Assembly: GCA_964236955.1 (NCBI GenBank)
Contig: CAXSGP010000004.1
Coordinates: forward strand, 1 to 64,000
DNA: 64,000 nt
Source: an uncultured Oligoflexus sp.
GTDB lineage: Bacteria; Bdellovibrionota_B; Oligoflexia; Oligoflexales; Oligoflexaceae
Direction: 5' to 3'
Made by a program: the position numbers and the translations under genes. Shown one piece after another: positions 39,803 to 48,999 of this stretch. The notes beneath the pieces were generated by a model. That model was not told the origin of the DNA. It was given only the letters and a program-made list of their open reading frames with translations, and did no database searches. Each line of letters begins with the position of its first letter. Positions within the stretch are counted from its first letter, which is position 1.

Positions 39803-40198
39803 ATAGATGGGCGACCTAAGGGCATGTTAAGATCTCTGCTGCTATCCTCGTAAGCTGCCAAAAGGCTCGATGACCTATGGATTTTTGCGACCGAGGTATT
39901 TTCCCTAGCTGCTTCTTATCCTGGTTTCTGCTAGAAAGTACCTGTCTGCCCTAGGTGAAATATGGGGAATGCCCCTTCTATTGCCTAGGCTTCGAACTTT
40001 TGAGGCGAAGTGGGGCCCGAGTTCGAGAAGAGTCTTGCCTAGTCCCTATGGAGGGGTCGTTATTTGGAAGCGACCAAAAGCTGACAACTTGAGCCGAGAC
40101 AAGAGATGCCACTATGCTTAATTCGTGGGCAACTCATGCATAAACTTCGTGACTTCACCATCGCGCTTTTGTGCATATCACGTTGAACAAAGGTAAAA

Positions 40199-41902
40199 AT
40201 GACATTGACCGATCAAAAATACCCCCCGCTAGATGCCGAAGAAGCTGTTACCCGTCCGGCTCAAGATCCCCGTGATCGCGAGAGTGAGGCCCATCAAGGA
40301 GCCTTTGACAGACGGCGAAAGTCTGCCAGTGCCCCGGCGAAGGGTCGTACCAAGCACCTTTACGCGGCCTTGGAAGACGGCAGCTATATAGCCTTTGATA
40401 TCGAGACAACCGGCGGCAATCCCGAAAAAAACGGAATCACTGAAATTTTTGCGCTGCGTTATCGCGACGGTCAGATTCACGATACTTTCTATTCGATGGT
40501 CAATCCCGGAGTCTCCATTCCACCGATCGTAAGACGCATGACGGGCATCACCGATAAAATGGTTCGCGATGCACCGCCGATCAAAGCGATCATGCCTGAT
40601 TTTATTAAATTTATTGCCGACGATGTTCTGGTGAGCCATAACACGATAGGCGATATGAAATTTATTCGCTACTTCGCGGATGTCGAATGCGCTCACGAGA
40701 TCGGCAATTATTATCTCTGCACCCACCTGCTCGTCGAAAAGCTGGCTCCCAACGCTCCCGACAAATCCCTGAAAGGTCTCGCCGGCTTCTTTAATTTGCC
40801 GGGCGATGCCAAGCTCCATCGTGCCGAAGCCGATGCTTATATCACGCTCGAACTCTTTAAAATCCTGCTTGAGAAGATGCGCGTCAAAGGCATCCCCTCG
40901 ATCGCCGATGCCATTCGCTTTCAGGGTGATTTCGAATCGGGCACCCGCCTCGGGTGGGGAGTTAAAGCTGAGGCCCTGAAAGCCCTCCCGGAAAAAACCG
41001 GAGTCTTTTACCTGCATGACTATAGTGGGCAGGTCACCTTTCTTTCGAGCGCTCATAATCTACTCAGGGAAGTGCGGCGCCTTCAAAAGCTTAACGCTTT
41101 ACCGAAGCAGCTGCTCCGCTCTGTCCTTTCAAGTTGTGATTTAAAATTTGAGGAGACACCGACCGCTTTTGCCGCCTCGCTTCTTGAAGCAAAGGATCTC
41201 ACCAAGCATCGCGTGCGTTTTGATCCTTCGAGTTGGCATCAAAGAACTGCGAATTTTATTTATCTTTGTCACGATGCCGAAGAATTTCGGCTGACGACCG
41301 GCCCATTGGTTGAGGGGGTCACAGCCCTTCTAGGTCCCATTCGAGGCGGCAAAGAGGTGGCGATACTGCTCGATCACCTCGCGCATGCTATCGGTAGAAA
41401 GCCTAGCAAAAAAGGCTTGAAGGTGACTGCCGACGAGGCCGGTGTGCTGCAAGAGTTCTTATCGCGACGCCCATTAAAGGCTGGCATCAAGGAAAAGTTT
41501 CTTGCGATACTCCCGAAACATGCCGAACGCATCGATCATCTTCAGCGCTTGCGCGATCAACTTCGCGGCGTCTCGATTCCTGAGGATCTATTTGGTGCGA
41601 ATATAGTTTCGGGAGTTTTGGCACTTGGCATCGCCGAACGATGGCATATCTATGCCATTGCCCATGGACGACTGATCGCTGAATTCAGTGTCGACGGCGA
41701 CCTCCGACAGGGGATGCTAAAAGCGGGTTTGAACGATAAACTTTACCGGCAAATCAAAGCTGAAAGCCGTAAATATGATGTTGAGCTGCCCTTGAGCCTT
41801 GGGGATGCGATAGTCCTCAATCGCATGTTCTGGTGGGCCTTCTTTGGAAGCCGCCATGAAAACGTCAGTATTATTCATGTCGAAGAGTTATCGCGTCTTT
41901 AA
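40199..41902 (+). CDS. DEDDh 3'-5' exonuclease (DnaQ-like) fused to a degenerate UvrC-type GIY-YIG domain
   Basis: FDIETTG, SHN...D, HRAEADA; then LPEKTGVFYLHD..GQVTFLSSAHNL. Confidence 0.85.
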   Translation: MTLTDQKYPPLDAEEAVTRPAQDPRDRESEAHQGAFDRRRKSASAPAKGRTKHLYAALEDGSYIAFDIETTGGNPEKNGITEIFALRYRDGQIHDTFYSMVNPGVSIPPIVRRMTGITDKMVRDAPPIKAIMPDFIKFIADDVLVSHNTIGDMKFIRYFADVECAHEIGNYYLCTHLLVEKLAPNAPDKSLKGLAGFFNLPGDAKLHRAEADAYITLELFKILLEKMRVKGIPSIADAIRFQGDFESGTRLGWGVKAEALKALPEKTGVFYLHDYSGQVTFLSSAHNLLREVRRLQKLNALPKQLLRSVLSSCDLKFEETPTAFAASLLEAKDLTKHRVRFDPSSWHQRTANFIYLCHDAEEFRLTTGPLVEGVTALLGPIRGGKEVAILLDHLAHAIGRKPSKKGLKVTADEAGVLQEFLSRRPLKAGIKEKFLAILPKHAERIDHLQRLRDQLRGVSIPEDLFGANIVSGVLALGIAERWHIYAIAHGRLIAEFSVDGDLRQGMLKAGLNDKLYRQIKAESRKYDVELPLSLGDAIVLNRMFWWAFFGSRHENVSIIHVEELSRL

Positions 41903-42184
41903 TTCTAGGGCTGTTGAGTCTCAGGTTTTATAAGGGCAGCCCCATGCTATTGTCCTGCTTAATCAGTTTTTTTCTCTGAAAGACATGGGTGTTTGTTTTG
42001 AGTGTCGAATGGAAAGAGACATTCTCTATTTGCGCTAATCTTCGAACATTACAGATTTTGCCAAGTGCGTTTCCGAGCCGCCGGTGCTCCTGGAAACGAT
42101 TATGGTATCTGCCGTCCGTCTTCACCTTGCATGCGTCCGGGCTTTGCCTTTAAGTGAGCTCCTCACTACGAAGGAGACTGAGAC

Positions 42185-42568
42185 ATGAATACGCTAAGCA
42201 TTTACTCGCTCATCGCACTTAAAGGTTCCAATCTTCACATTGGTCATCACATCATCTCCTTGCATGGTCGAACCAAGACCCGCTTGCTACTCGAGGCCAT
42301 GCTCTTAGGCGGGGAAGGGGGAACTGAGGGCCTTAAACGCGACCAGTTGCGCTACAAGGTCTATCAGGACGCCTTAGCTCTTCCTCTCCAAGCGAGTCCC
42401 AGCTCACGGCTTCGTGAATCTCAAGATAGCAGCTTAAGCAAACTTATCAGTCGGTCACGAAGCTTTTTAAAAGAATCGCTCCGGGATACCGAGTGGTCGA
42501 GCGAGCTTGAATGGTTTGTTTATTCGGAAAGGGAGCGAAACTGGAAGCTTGTCCAAATACGGGCGTAA
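42185..42568 (+). CDS. Hypothetical protein, possible stand-alone winged-helix domain
   Basis: AAGGAG RBS; pattern LLEAML..RDQL..KVY..SLSKLISRSR resembles OmpR-type effector domains. Confidence 0.55.
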   Translation: MNTLSIYSLIALKGSNLHIGHHIISLHGRTKTRLLLEAMLLGGEGGTEGLKRDQLRYKVYQDALALPLQASPSSRLRESQDSSLSKLISRSRSFLKESLRDTEWSSELEWFVYSERERNWKLVQIRA

Positions 42569-42692
42569 GTGTTGAGTATGTTTTAAAAAATTCTATATCG
42601 GAAAGCCTTCGCATGAAATTATATATATCTCTTAAGCATCCGAAACCATGGAGTAAAAAAGGGTATAATTAGGCGTTAGTGAGACAGGCTGC

Positions 42693-42719
42693 TTAAGTAA
42701 TAAGTGAAAATACCGAAAC
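42693..42719 (+). promoter_or_regulatory. Sigma-28-like promoter
   Basis: TTAAGTAA-N11-ACCGAAAC upstream of the TonB-like gene. Confidence 0.4.
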
Positions 42720-42837
42720 ATGGCTGTGGCAGCGGTCGATTAGAGTAAACCTTCCGGCTTTTGGAGATCACTCCTGGGCCTACCACCACGATCAGCTAAA
42801 AATTGTATGGCTTCTCATCCCCTATCATGGAGGACCT

Positions 42838-43341
42838 ATGAAATACTTTTTGAGCGGTATAATCGGTTTTGTTCTAACACTCATAGTGAGTCTGCCGTTT
42901 CAAAATCTTGTCAGGCCCAAAGACGCCAAAGCTTTTACAGCCTCAATGAAAAGCAGGACGGACCCAACACTTTCCGTTACCGCCGATAAGAATATGGAAG
43001 TTGATATTAAGATTCAGCCTATCGTTCGTCTTGAAGACAAGAAGGATCAGCCATTGATTAAATTCTTTCCACAGTATCCCGCCGAGGCGGCAGCTCAGAA
43101 AATAGAGGGTTTCGTGACTCTGAGCTTTCGTGTCTCCAAGGAGGGGCTCGTTCAAAACCTTAAGGTAATGGAATCCAGCCCACCCCAGATTTTTGATGAA
43201 GTTGCACTGGCAGCCGTTTCAAAATGGACTTTTGCCAGTAAACCAAACCAACCGCTGTTGGATCAGCAAAAACTCCGTTTGAATTTTAATCTGGGTCGCA
43301 CTGTCGCAGCCGAGCAGCAGGTTACGGAATCGGAATTGTGA
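42838..43341 (+). CDS. TonB C-terminal domain energy transducer
   Basis: N-terminal TM helix; PQYPAEA..KIEGFVTLSFRV..G, IFDEVALAAVSKWTF. Confidence 0.88.
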   Translation: MKYFLSGIIGFVLTLIVSLPFQNLVRPKDAKAFTASMKSRTDPTLSVTADKNMEVDIKIQPIVRLEDKKDQPLIKFFPQYPAEAAAQKIEGFVTLSFRVSKEGLVQNLKVMESSPPQIFDEVALAAVSKWTFASKPNQPLLDQQKLRLNFNLGRTVAAEQQVTESEL

Positions 43342-43380
43342 GGGAGGCAAAACGATCGCAATTCGAATAATGGTTGCATG

Positions 43381-43420
43381 AAAAAAACAGGTCTGTGCCG
43401 ATGGAGCAGACCTGTTTTTT
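43381..43420. terminator. Bidirectional intrinsic terminator
   Basis: AAAAAAACAGGTCTG...CAGACCTGTTTTTT between convergent genes. Confidence 0.88.
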
Positions 43421-43467
43421 ATTAAGATTTGACTGAGGCACTGAGGGCGGTCGCTTCCAAAAGAACT

Positions 43468-44049
43468 TTAGCTCTTGAAAAATTCTTTGAGTCCAGCGCG
43501 GTCGGGCCGCATCGTTTTGTCACCTTCTTGCCAGTTTGCCGGGCAAACCTCGCCATGTTTTTCGTTGAAGGCAACGGCATCGACGAGTCGAAGATATTCA
43601 TCAATGTTACGGCCCAGGGGCAGGTCATTGACTGTCTGATGACGAACTTTTCCAGTCTTGTCGATAAGGAAGGTCGCACGCAACGCAACGCCATCTTCAT
43701 GCAGAACATCGTAATCGCGGGCGATAGACTTATGGATGTCTGAAATCACAGGGTATGTCACGCCTTGAATGCCGCCATCATCCTGCGAGGTGCGTAGCCA
43801 GGCCGAATGGGTATGCACACTGTCGACCGACACAGCGAGAACCTCAGTGTTCTTAGATTTGAACTCGCTGAGTTTTTCCTGGAACGCATGGAGTTCGGTG
43901 GGACAGACAAAAGTAAAATCGAGAGGATAAAAAAACAAGACAACATTCTTCTTGCCCTTGAACTGGGACAGGGTGATGTCTTGGAATTCGCCGTTGATAA
44001 CTGCCTGGGCGCTAAAGTCAGGAGCTTGTTTATTAACTAATACCGCCAT
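43468..44049 (-). CDS. ahpC: Typical 2-Cys peroxiredoxin (AhpC/TSA)
   Basis: FYPLDFTFVCPTE, GRNIDE, GEVCPANW. Start moved to ATG 44049. Confidence 0.93.
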   Translation of the reverse strand: MAVLVNKQAPDFSAQAVINGEFQDITLSQFKGKKNVVLFFYPLDFTFVCPTELHAFQEKLSEFKSKNTEVLAVSVDSVHTHSAWLRTSQDDGGIQGVTYPVISDIHKSIARDYDVLHEDGVALRATFLIDKTGKVRHQTVNDLPLGRNIDEYLRLVDAVAFNEKHGEVCPANWQEGDKTMRPDRAGLKEFFKS

Positions 44050-44161
44050 GATGGTTGCCTTCCGGTTAAACGTCAGAAATCGCTTTAAAACACGATTCCC
44101 ATCGAAACATATTGCGGCCAAGCTGTCAAGGCATAGACCTGGGAGGCTCCCGCACGCCTTT

Positions 44162-45790
44162 TCAATTCTTCATGAAGGGGTAACGATAATCCGTATAAGG
44201 CGTGAAATTTTCTTTTAAAGTCCTATGGGAAACCCAGCGCAGTAGGTTAAAAATACTACCCGCTTTGTCGTTGGTTCCGGATTGTCGGGCGCCTCCAAAA
44301 GGCTGCTGACCAACAACGGCGCCTGTCGGTTTATCATTGACGTAGAAATTACCGGCACTATGTTCGAAGGCCTTGGTTAAAGCACTGATTGCCAGACGAT
44401 CGCGAGCATAGATAGCTCCCGTTAAGGCGTAGGGACTGGAATGATCACAAAGCTCTACAGTCGCGTCGAGATCCTGATCTTCATAGACAAAGACACTCAG
44501 CACCGGGCCAAAGATTTCTTCCCGCATCGACTTAAAGCTCGGATCGAGGGCTTGAATGACCGTGGGCTGCACAAAGTAACCGACGCTGTCGTCATAGCCG
44601 CCCCCCACAAGTATGCGGGCCTTGGGACTGTTTTTCGCGGAATCGATATAGCCACGTATCCTGTCAAAAGACTTTTGGTCGATCACAGCTCCCATAAAGT
44701 TGGTGAAATCCTCGACATCCCCGACTTTGATGTCCTTGACGGTTTTGACCAGGCGCTCCTCCACATCGGCCCAAAGGCTTCTGGGTATAAAAGCACGCGA
44801 TGCGGCCGAACATTTCTGTCCCTGATATTCAAATGCACCCCGGACCAGACCTGTTACCAGTTGTTGAACATCGGCACTGCAATGGGCAAAGATAAAGTCC
44901 TTGCCACCCGTTTCACCGACGATGCGCGGGTAGCTGCGATAGTTTTCAATATTTTCGGCAACCTGTTTCCAGAGATAATTGAAGGTTGAATTGGATCCGG
45001 TGAAATGAATGCCGGAAAGCTCGCGATGCTTCAGCAAAACCTCGCTGATGATACGGGCGTCGCCGGGAAGCATATTGATTACTCCCTGAGGCAAACCCGC
45101 CTCTTCAAGGATTTCAAGACCGATATACGCGGCATGCATCGAAGTCGCTGCCGGTTTCCAGATCACGGAGCAGCCCATCAGGGCAGGGGCGACAGGCAGG
45201 TTGACCGCGATCGAGGTGAAGTTGAACGGGGTGATCGCATAGACAAATCCCTCGAGGCCGCGGGCTTCACTTCGATTCCACATCCCCGGAGCCGAACTCG
45301 GCTGTTCACGATAGATGCGTTCGGCAAAGTGAGCGTTAAATCGGAAAAAATCGATAAGCTCACAGGCTGCATCGATCTCGGCCTGATGAGCTGTTTTGCT
45401 TTGCCCAAGCATCGTGGCTGCGTTCATCTTCGCTCGATAAGGGCCAGCCAAAAGATCGGCTGCTTTAAGGAATACCGCGGCACGTTCTTCCCAGGGAAGT
45501 TGCGACCAAGCCTTGCGCGCTTTTAGAGCGGCTTCAATGGCATCACCCATATCGGACCGCGTTGCCTGGCTGACATCGGCCAGGACGTGTTCATGATTAT
45601 GGGGAATGACGACGGGAAGAGTTTCGGAATTAAAACGTTTCTGACCGGCGATCGTCACCGGTATCTTGACCCGCTCGGCTTTTTGGCGTTTAAGTTCGAT
45701 GAGAAGAGCATCCCGCTCCGTCGAAGCGGGCAGATAGCCGTAGACTGGCTCGTTGCGGGGAATTGGTGTCGTGCTGAGTGAGTTAGACAT
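44162..45790 (-). CDS. pruA: L-glutamate gamma-semialdehyde (P5C) dehydrogenase
   Basis: AEIDAACE, PFNFT, FTGS, GETGGK, FEYQGQKCSA, EEIFGP, SGTNDKAG. Confidence 0.95.
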   Translation of the reverse strand: MSNSLSTTPIPRNEPVYGYLPASTERDALLIELKRQKAERVKIPVTIAGQKRFNSETLPVVIPHNHEHVLADVSQATRSDMGDAIEAALKARKAWSQLPWEERAAVFLKAADLLAGPYRAKMNAATMLGQSKTAHQAEIDAACELIDFFRFNAHFAERIYREQPSSAPGMWNRSEARGLEGFVYAITPFNFTSIAVNLPVAPALMGCSVIWKPAATSMHAAYIGLEILEEAGLPQGVINMLPGDARIISEVLLKHRELSGIHFTGSNSTFNYLWKQVAENIENYRSYPRIVGETGGKDFIFAHCSADVQQLVTGLVRGAFEYQGQKCSAASRAFIPRSLWADVEERLVKTVKDIKVGDVEDFTNFMGAVIDQKSFDRIRGYIDSAKNSPKARILVGGGYDDSVGYFVQPTVIQALDPSFKSMREEIFGPVLSVFVYEDQDLDATVELCDHSSPYALTGAIYARDRLAISALTKAFEHSAGNFYVNDKPTGAVVGQQPFGGARQSGTNDKAGSIFNLLRWVSHRTLKENFTPYTDYRYPFMKN

Positions 45791-45922
45791 TTCTTTTCCT
45801 TATCCGTACGGGTTACGCCCGTCTAGCGAAAAAATACTATGCTTTGCCCAGCCAGAAAATGCAAGCAAAGGTCGAGAAGTTAAGGTAAATTTGGCGCATT
45901 TGCTAGCCCTTCGATTTAGCTC

Positions 45923-45950
45923 TAAAGCTTGGCAATCAATCAACCGATCT
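45923..45950 (+). promoter_or_regulatory. Sigma-28-like promoter
   Basis: TAAAGCTT-N12-ACCGATCT about 46 bp upstream of the lipoprotein-peptidase operon. Confidence 0.5.
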
Positions 45951-45996
45951 ATCTTCCTTAGAGGCAATGCACGCCTGGTTCCACGGGGAGACAATC

Positions 45997-46527
45997 ATGT
46001 TCTGGTTTCGCTTAACGCTCCTCGCCTGTGGTCTCGCTGCCTTAAATGCAGGGTGTATCAATTACAAATCCTCCTATAAGGGTTCAACGGCTAGCCTAAG
46101 TTCCAATGCCAATGGTAACGCCAGTCTCGCTATCGATCCAAAAACGGGAAAGGCGATCGCCCGTGGGAGCGCGACCCTGACTGAAATCGTGCTCCTTAGC
46201 GGGCGGCTGCTTGGCCAGGATGCCCCCTTCACTGCCGTCGCTAAAATCGACGGTCTGGTTAGCACCAAGACCCCATTGCTGCCCTCGGGAAATGGCGTAA
46301 AATTTGAAGTATCGGGCCTTACCGCCAAAAAACCCGGCGTCCTTGAGGTTGAAATCTATGCGGGTGAAAATCTACGATTCATCGCCAAAAAAGCCAATAC
46401 GGACCTCACCCTCAAAGCGGCCGAAAGCAACTCGGTGGTAATCGATGACTGCCAAATCCTGGCTGCGCCCTGGGATGGTCTCGCGAGTGAAGGTGGCTGC
46501 AACTGGGTCATCGAAGAAGAGAAGTAG
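45997..46527 (+). CDS. Hypothetical beta-rich lipoprotein
   Basis: ATG after GGGGAG; lipobox-like LNAGC. Confidence 0.75.
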   Translation: MFWFRLTLLACGLAALNAGCINYKSSYKGSTASLSSNANGNASLAIDPKTGKAIARGSATLTEIVLLSGRLLGQDAPFTAVAKIDGLVSTKTPLLPSGNGVKFEVSGLTAKKPGVLEVEIYAGENLRFIAKKANTDLTLKAAESNSVVIDDCQILAAPWDGLASEGGCNWVIEEEK

Positions 46528-46573
46528 CAGAAGTCAGGCACGGATAGCGAAGTAAGACAAGCTTGGAGCACCG

Positions 46574-48697
46574 ATGAAAAAGTTTGCGCTGTTAACTACG
46601 ATATTTGTTGGTATTTTAAGCTGCTCTGAGGCCAACTCGGGCCTGGTGAAAGCGCATAATCCAAGCCAAGGCTCTGATAATTTCCGTAGTCTTCTCGCTC
46701 AAGGTTCGGGCCGCGTCCGTCCCCTGACTTTAAAGGCAAATACCAGTCTTGGCCTGGACGCTGGGGTCATCGTTTCAACGACACTTGATGAAGCTTCAGG
46801 CGTTTGGTCGCGCGCGATCTTTGATACGAGACGGAGCGATAGTCTCACCGTCGACCAGGATCTACTGGCTTTTGGCCTGGAAATACTCGGTCGCTATAGT
46901 GACAAACTCGGATTTCCGCCGAGTGAAGCCAACGCAGGAACAATTTATGAACCGCAGCCGAATTTAAAAATGGTGACCTATCAAAGGCAATTTAATGGAC
47001 TACCCGTTCGAGGGGCCTTCGTCCGTTTACTCTTCGCGCTCGGCGGCGATGGCTCGCTTCACCTCAGTGAGATCACCAACAATAGCTACGGGCCGATTTC
47101 AATCGGCGCTGCACTGAGCAATCAACCTTCCGAAAGTGACGCTATTGCGGCAACGGGCATCAATGAGTTACAGGTTCTCGCGAAGAAAGCTGTGATTCAG
47201 CCCAGTATGGGGCTCAATGGCCGTTATGAATTCGCCTATGCCAGTGAATTCAAGCTAAAAAGCGCTAAGGACTCGGAAACCTATACCGTGACGATGGATC
47301 ATGACAGCCGGGAGCTCCGGGAAGCCTATTCGAACCGAGTCAATGAACAGCAGTCGATCTCCGCCGAAACCTTCCAACGAAGCTATGTCCTAAACGATCA
47401 AACCTTCAAACCTCTTCCCTTTGCCGAAGTCATCGATGGCACCAATAAGTTGATTACCGATGCGAGCGGCGCTGTCGACGTGGAAAACGACAAGGTCACA
47501 ATCAATCTTGCCAGCAGCAAGAGCGCCTCGTCAGTGGTCGATATTCAGCAGAGCAGCTCGCGGCCAGCAACTTTCAATGTGACCTTGGATCCAAGCGGCA
47601 AATCCGTTATCAAATTGGGTAGCGTGAACCCGGCGGCGATCAATGTTTTTATTGCCGTGCAAAGAGTTGTCGATTTTGTTGGCAGGTTTATCGGTGTCGA
47701 TGAATTGCCTCTTCTATCGTCTGGCATAGTTGCCGTCGTCAATCGAAAGGAAGATGTCTGCAATGCCTTTTACGACAGTGATTCGATCAACTTTTTCGCC
47801 GAAGGCACCGGACCGGGCGGCAAGGTATGTGCAAATACCGGGCTGATCAGCGATGTCGTCTATCACGAATGGGGCCATGCTCTCGATGATAACCTCGGTC
47901 CAAACAACCGAAGCAAGGGTGAAAGCGGCATCACCGATAGTGCTTATTCGGAAGGAATAGGCGACATTCTTTCAACCTACCTGACCCGCGCCCCAAACCT
48001 TGGAACCGGTCTTTTTCTAAACGATAAAAAAGAGCTGAGAAACCTCCAAAATACGAAAAAACATCCTCCGGCAAACGCGGCGGAAGCTGAGATTCATGAA
48101 GCCGGAACCATCGTCGGTGGAGCGTTCTGGGATATGTTTACAAGTCTTTCAGCGCTTTATGGCAATGACCAAGGCGCGGATTTGGCGACCAAGCTTTTTA
48201 TTCGGCATCTGCAGATTAGCGAGCGTTATCTCGACGCCTATGCGGCCGTGCTTCAGGTTGATGATGACGATGCGAACCCAGCAACCCAATCTCCAAACTA
48301 TTGCAAGATAACTCGCGCTTTTTCGGCTCATAATATCTCGGGAGGGGTCTTTGCCGACGGCGACTGTGTCGATCCTGATGTCAGTCTCAACGTTCGTGTT
48401 GATGTGGATTCTGGTGACGGAAAACTTTCTCTCCTGGCTTCCGCTTTTGGTGCCACAAAAATTGTGGCTTGTCCAGGGCAGGTTAAAACCTGTACGGCCA
48501 CCACGAGCGGCTACATAGAAATGGGCGCGATTATAGGCAAAGACGATAGTGTGGCACTCGCGAGTGGAAGAAAGTACTACACTGCAAAGGGTACGGTCGA
48601 CATAAAGACCAATCCTTCGTATTCGTTCTTCTCGGTCGATCCTCAGGATGTTATTTTGGGTGCCAGAACCCTCAGGTTTACCAGCCGTGCAAAGTAG
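46574..48697 (+). CDS. Lipoprotein zinc metallopeptidase, M4/M36 (thermolysin/fungalysin-like) with propeptide
   Basis: Lipobox ILSC; FTP-like YQRQFNGLPV; CNAFYD, HEWGH, SEGIGD, EIH, GAFWD. Confidence 0.87.
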   Translation: MKKFALLTTIFVGILSCSEANSGLVKAHNPSQGSDNFRSLLAQGSGRVRPLTLKANTSLGLDAGVIVSTTLDEASGVWSRAIFDTRRSDSLTVDQDLLAFGLEILGRYSDKLGFPPSEANAGTIYEPQPNLKMVTYQRQFNGLPVRGAFVRLLFALGGDGSLHLSEITNNSYGPISIGAALSNQPSESDAIAATGINELQVLAKKAVIQPSMGLNGRYEFAYASEFKLKSAKDSETYTVTMDHDSRELREAYSNRVNEQQSISAETFQRSYVLNDQTFKPLPFAEVIDGTNKLITDASGAVDVENDKVTINLASSKSASSVVDIQQSSSRPATFNVTLDPSGKSVIKLGSVNPAAINVFIAVQRVVDFVGRFIGVDELPLLSSGIVAVVNRKEDVCNAFYDSDSINFFAEGTGPGGKVCANTGLISDVVYHEWGHALDDNLGPNNRSKGESGITDSAYSEGIGDILSTYLTRAPNLGTGLFLNDKKELRNLQNTKKHPPANAAEAEIHEAGTIVGGAFWDMFTSLSALYGNDQGADLATKLFIRHLQISERYLDAYAAVLQVDDDDANPATQSPNYCKITRAFSAHNISGGVFADGDCVDPDVSLNVRVDVDSGDGKLSLLASAFGATKIVACPGQVKTCTATTSGYIEMGAIIGKDDSVALASGRKYYTAKGTVDIKTNPSYSFFSVDPQDVILGARTLRFTSRAK

Positions 48698-48999
48698 TAT
48701 CGTCTGGATAAAGGGCTAAGCTTTGGCCTATTCCCACATTTCATGCTAAAATCTTCACTGCATCTGCCCACCGTGCTTCTTTTCTAATTTCTTGTTACTT
48801 TAGCAATTTTTCCTTTCTATGCCGATCAGATCGGGATTGTAAGCTTTGGTATCTTCCTGAAAGTGCTTTTGATCTTGACCTCTTGTGCTGACCCGTACAA
48901 CATAAAAGGGGCCACCTTTCCTCGCTATTACGGACAGGCATTCGCTGGCCCCAGATTAAGGAATAAAGTTTTGGCCTATATCGGCTTTGGAGGGTTTAT

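Noticed and set aside
40229..41056. 275 aa antisense ORF
   Set aside because: Lies entirely opposite the well-supported DEDDh exonuclease and has no motifs; shadow ORF.
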